A DNA stretch of 64,000 nt, taken from positions 1,320,297 through 1,384,296 of the forward strand of contig MU008171.1 in the NCBI GenBank assembly GCA_010909165.1, written 5' to 3'. The notes under the pieces are model-generated. The model worked only from the letters and a program-made list of their open reading frames with translations, did not search any database and had not been told where the DNA came from. This DNA is from Anthoceros angustus (lineage: Eukaryota > Plantae > Anthocerotophyta). The translations under genes were made by a program, and so were the position numbers. Below, piece by piece: positions 63,409 through 64,000 of this stretch (positions within the stretch are counted from its first letter, which is position 1; every line of letters begins with the position of its first letter).

Positions 63409-63611
63409 CCGCCCAACCTGATCCAGAAACTGTCGCTGAAAGTGCGGTTTTACCTCGTGGGGCAAAACCTGCTGACGGTATCGGGTACCAAATTCATTGA
63501 TCCGGAAAGTACCGAATTCGATAACCGCCTGTCGAACAATGGCGCCAACAGTGGCCGGAATTACCCACGCCTTTGTTTTATGGCTGCGGTCTCGACATCA
63601 CCTTCAAATAA
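63409..63611 (+). CDS. susC: C-terminus of a SusC/RagA-family TonB-dependent outer-membrane protein (Bacteroidota), partial
   Basis: Reads across small indels as LIQKLSLK.VRFYLVGQNLLTVSGTKFIDPESTEFDNRLSNNGANSGRNYP..FYGCGLDITFK-stop. The R.Y..GQNLLT...DPE...YP...G..ITF ending is characteristic of SusC. Confidence 0.88.
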
Positions 63612-63621
63612 CGATTGCCAA

Positions 63622-64000
63622 ATGAAAAATATAGTCAACGGTATTGGTTCGCATTGCTTTTCGCCGGTATGCTCGCTACCGGATGCAAAAACTCGACCTG
63701 GTACCACCAACAAATTCACCGACGAAACTTTCTGGACAACCCCGGAAAAAGCCTCGACGGTGCTGAGCAAAACCTACTCGCAGATGTACGACCCGGGCTG
63801 GTTTTTACAACGATGGCATGAGCGACAATGTACCTATAATGGCCGCGGCGACCAGTATGGCGTCAACTCCATTGCGGCGGGTCTTGCCGATGCCTCGCTG
63901 GGCCGTTTCAAAGACGAATGGAACGCGCATTATGCCTGCATCAAAACCTGTAATATATTTCTCGAGAACATCGACCGCGTGCGGGCATGGACGAAAACCT
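63622..64000 (+). CDS. susD: N-terminus of a SusD/RagB-family lipoprotein (Bacteroidota), partial, with apparent frameshifts
   Basis: ATG 10 nt after the susC stop. Lipoprotein signal MK(K)YSQRYWFALLFAGMLATG-C, then KLDL.P.NKFTDETFWTTPEKA, SDN, and W..HYACIKTCNIFLENIDRV, typical of SusD N-termini. Confidence 0.88.
   Translation, partial: MKNIVNGIGSHCFSPVCSLPDAKTRPGTTNKFTDETFWTTPEKASTVLSKTYSQMYDPGWFLQRWHERQCTYNGRGDQYGVNSIAAGLADASLGRFKDEWNAHYACIKTCNIFLENIDRVRAWTKT

Noticed and set aside
63409-64000. Horizontal transfer of susC/susD into a eukaryotic genome, or retroelement insertion into a bacterial gene
   Set aside because: The junction is blunt and mid-element/mid-gene with no integration signature. 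In noisy long-read data a chimera is the simpler explanation.

Overview
Bases 1-63,408 are a nested, tandemly repeated cluster of Ty3/Gypsy-type retroelements of eukaryotic, plant/streptophyte-alga-like character. The sequence is so indel-rich that every long gene is frameshifted, so domains were reconstructed by eye across frames and copies. Three families are present. Family A (minus strand, four head-to-tail copies) reads unknown N-terminal region-protease-C5 DNA methyltransferase-RT-RNase H-integrase-PHD finger, with no recognisable gag. Family B (plus strand, two full copies plus fragments) reads gag with two zinc knuckles-protease-C5 DNA methyltransferase-RT-RNase H-DDE integrase-PHD. 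B is bounded not by canonical LTRs but by split direct repeats (a1-internal-b1-a2-b2) and sits in A's GC-rich repeat with no visible target-site duplication. Family L (minus strand, two copies at one homologous site) is a non-autonomous Athila-like LTR element with ~1.9-kb TG..CA LTRs, a tRNA-Asp-type PBS, a PPT and a 5-bp TSD (AAGTG), inserted inside A's methyltransferase domain. Bases 12,456-16,139 are a microhomology-joined mosaic. At 63,408/63,409 the sequence switches abruptly to a Bacteroidota susC/susD pair, most likely a chimeric join. Copy number, frameshifts and exact boundaries are unreliable because the data look like unpolished long reads. The most interesting candidate is family B: a methyltransferase- and PHD-carrying Gypsy-type element with DIRS/PAT/Ngaro-style termini.
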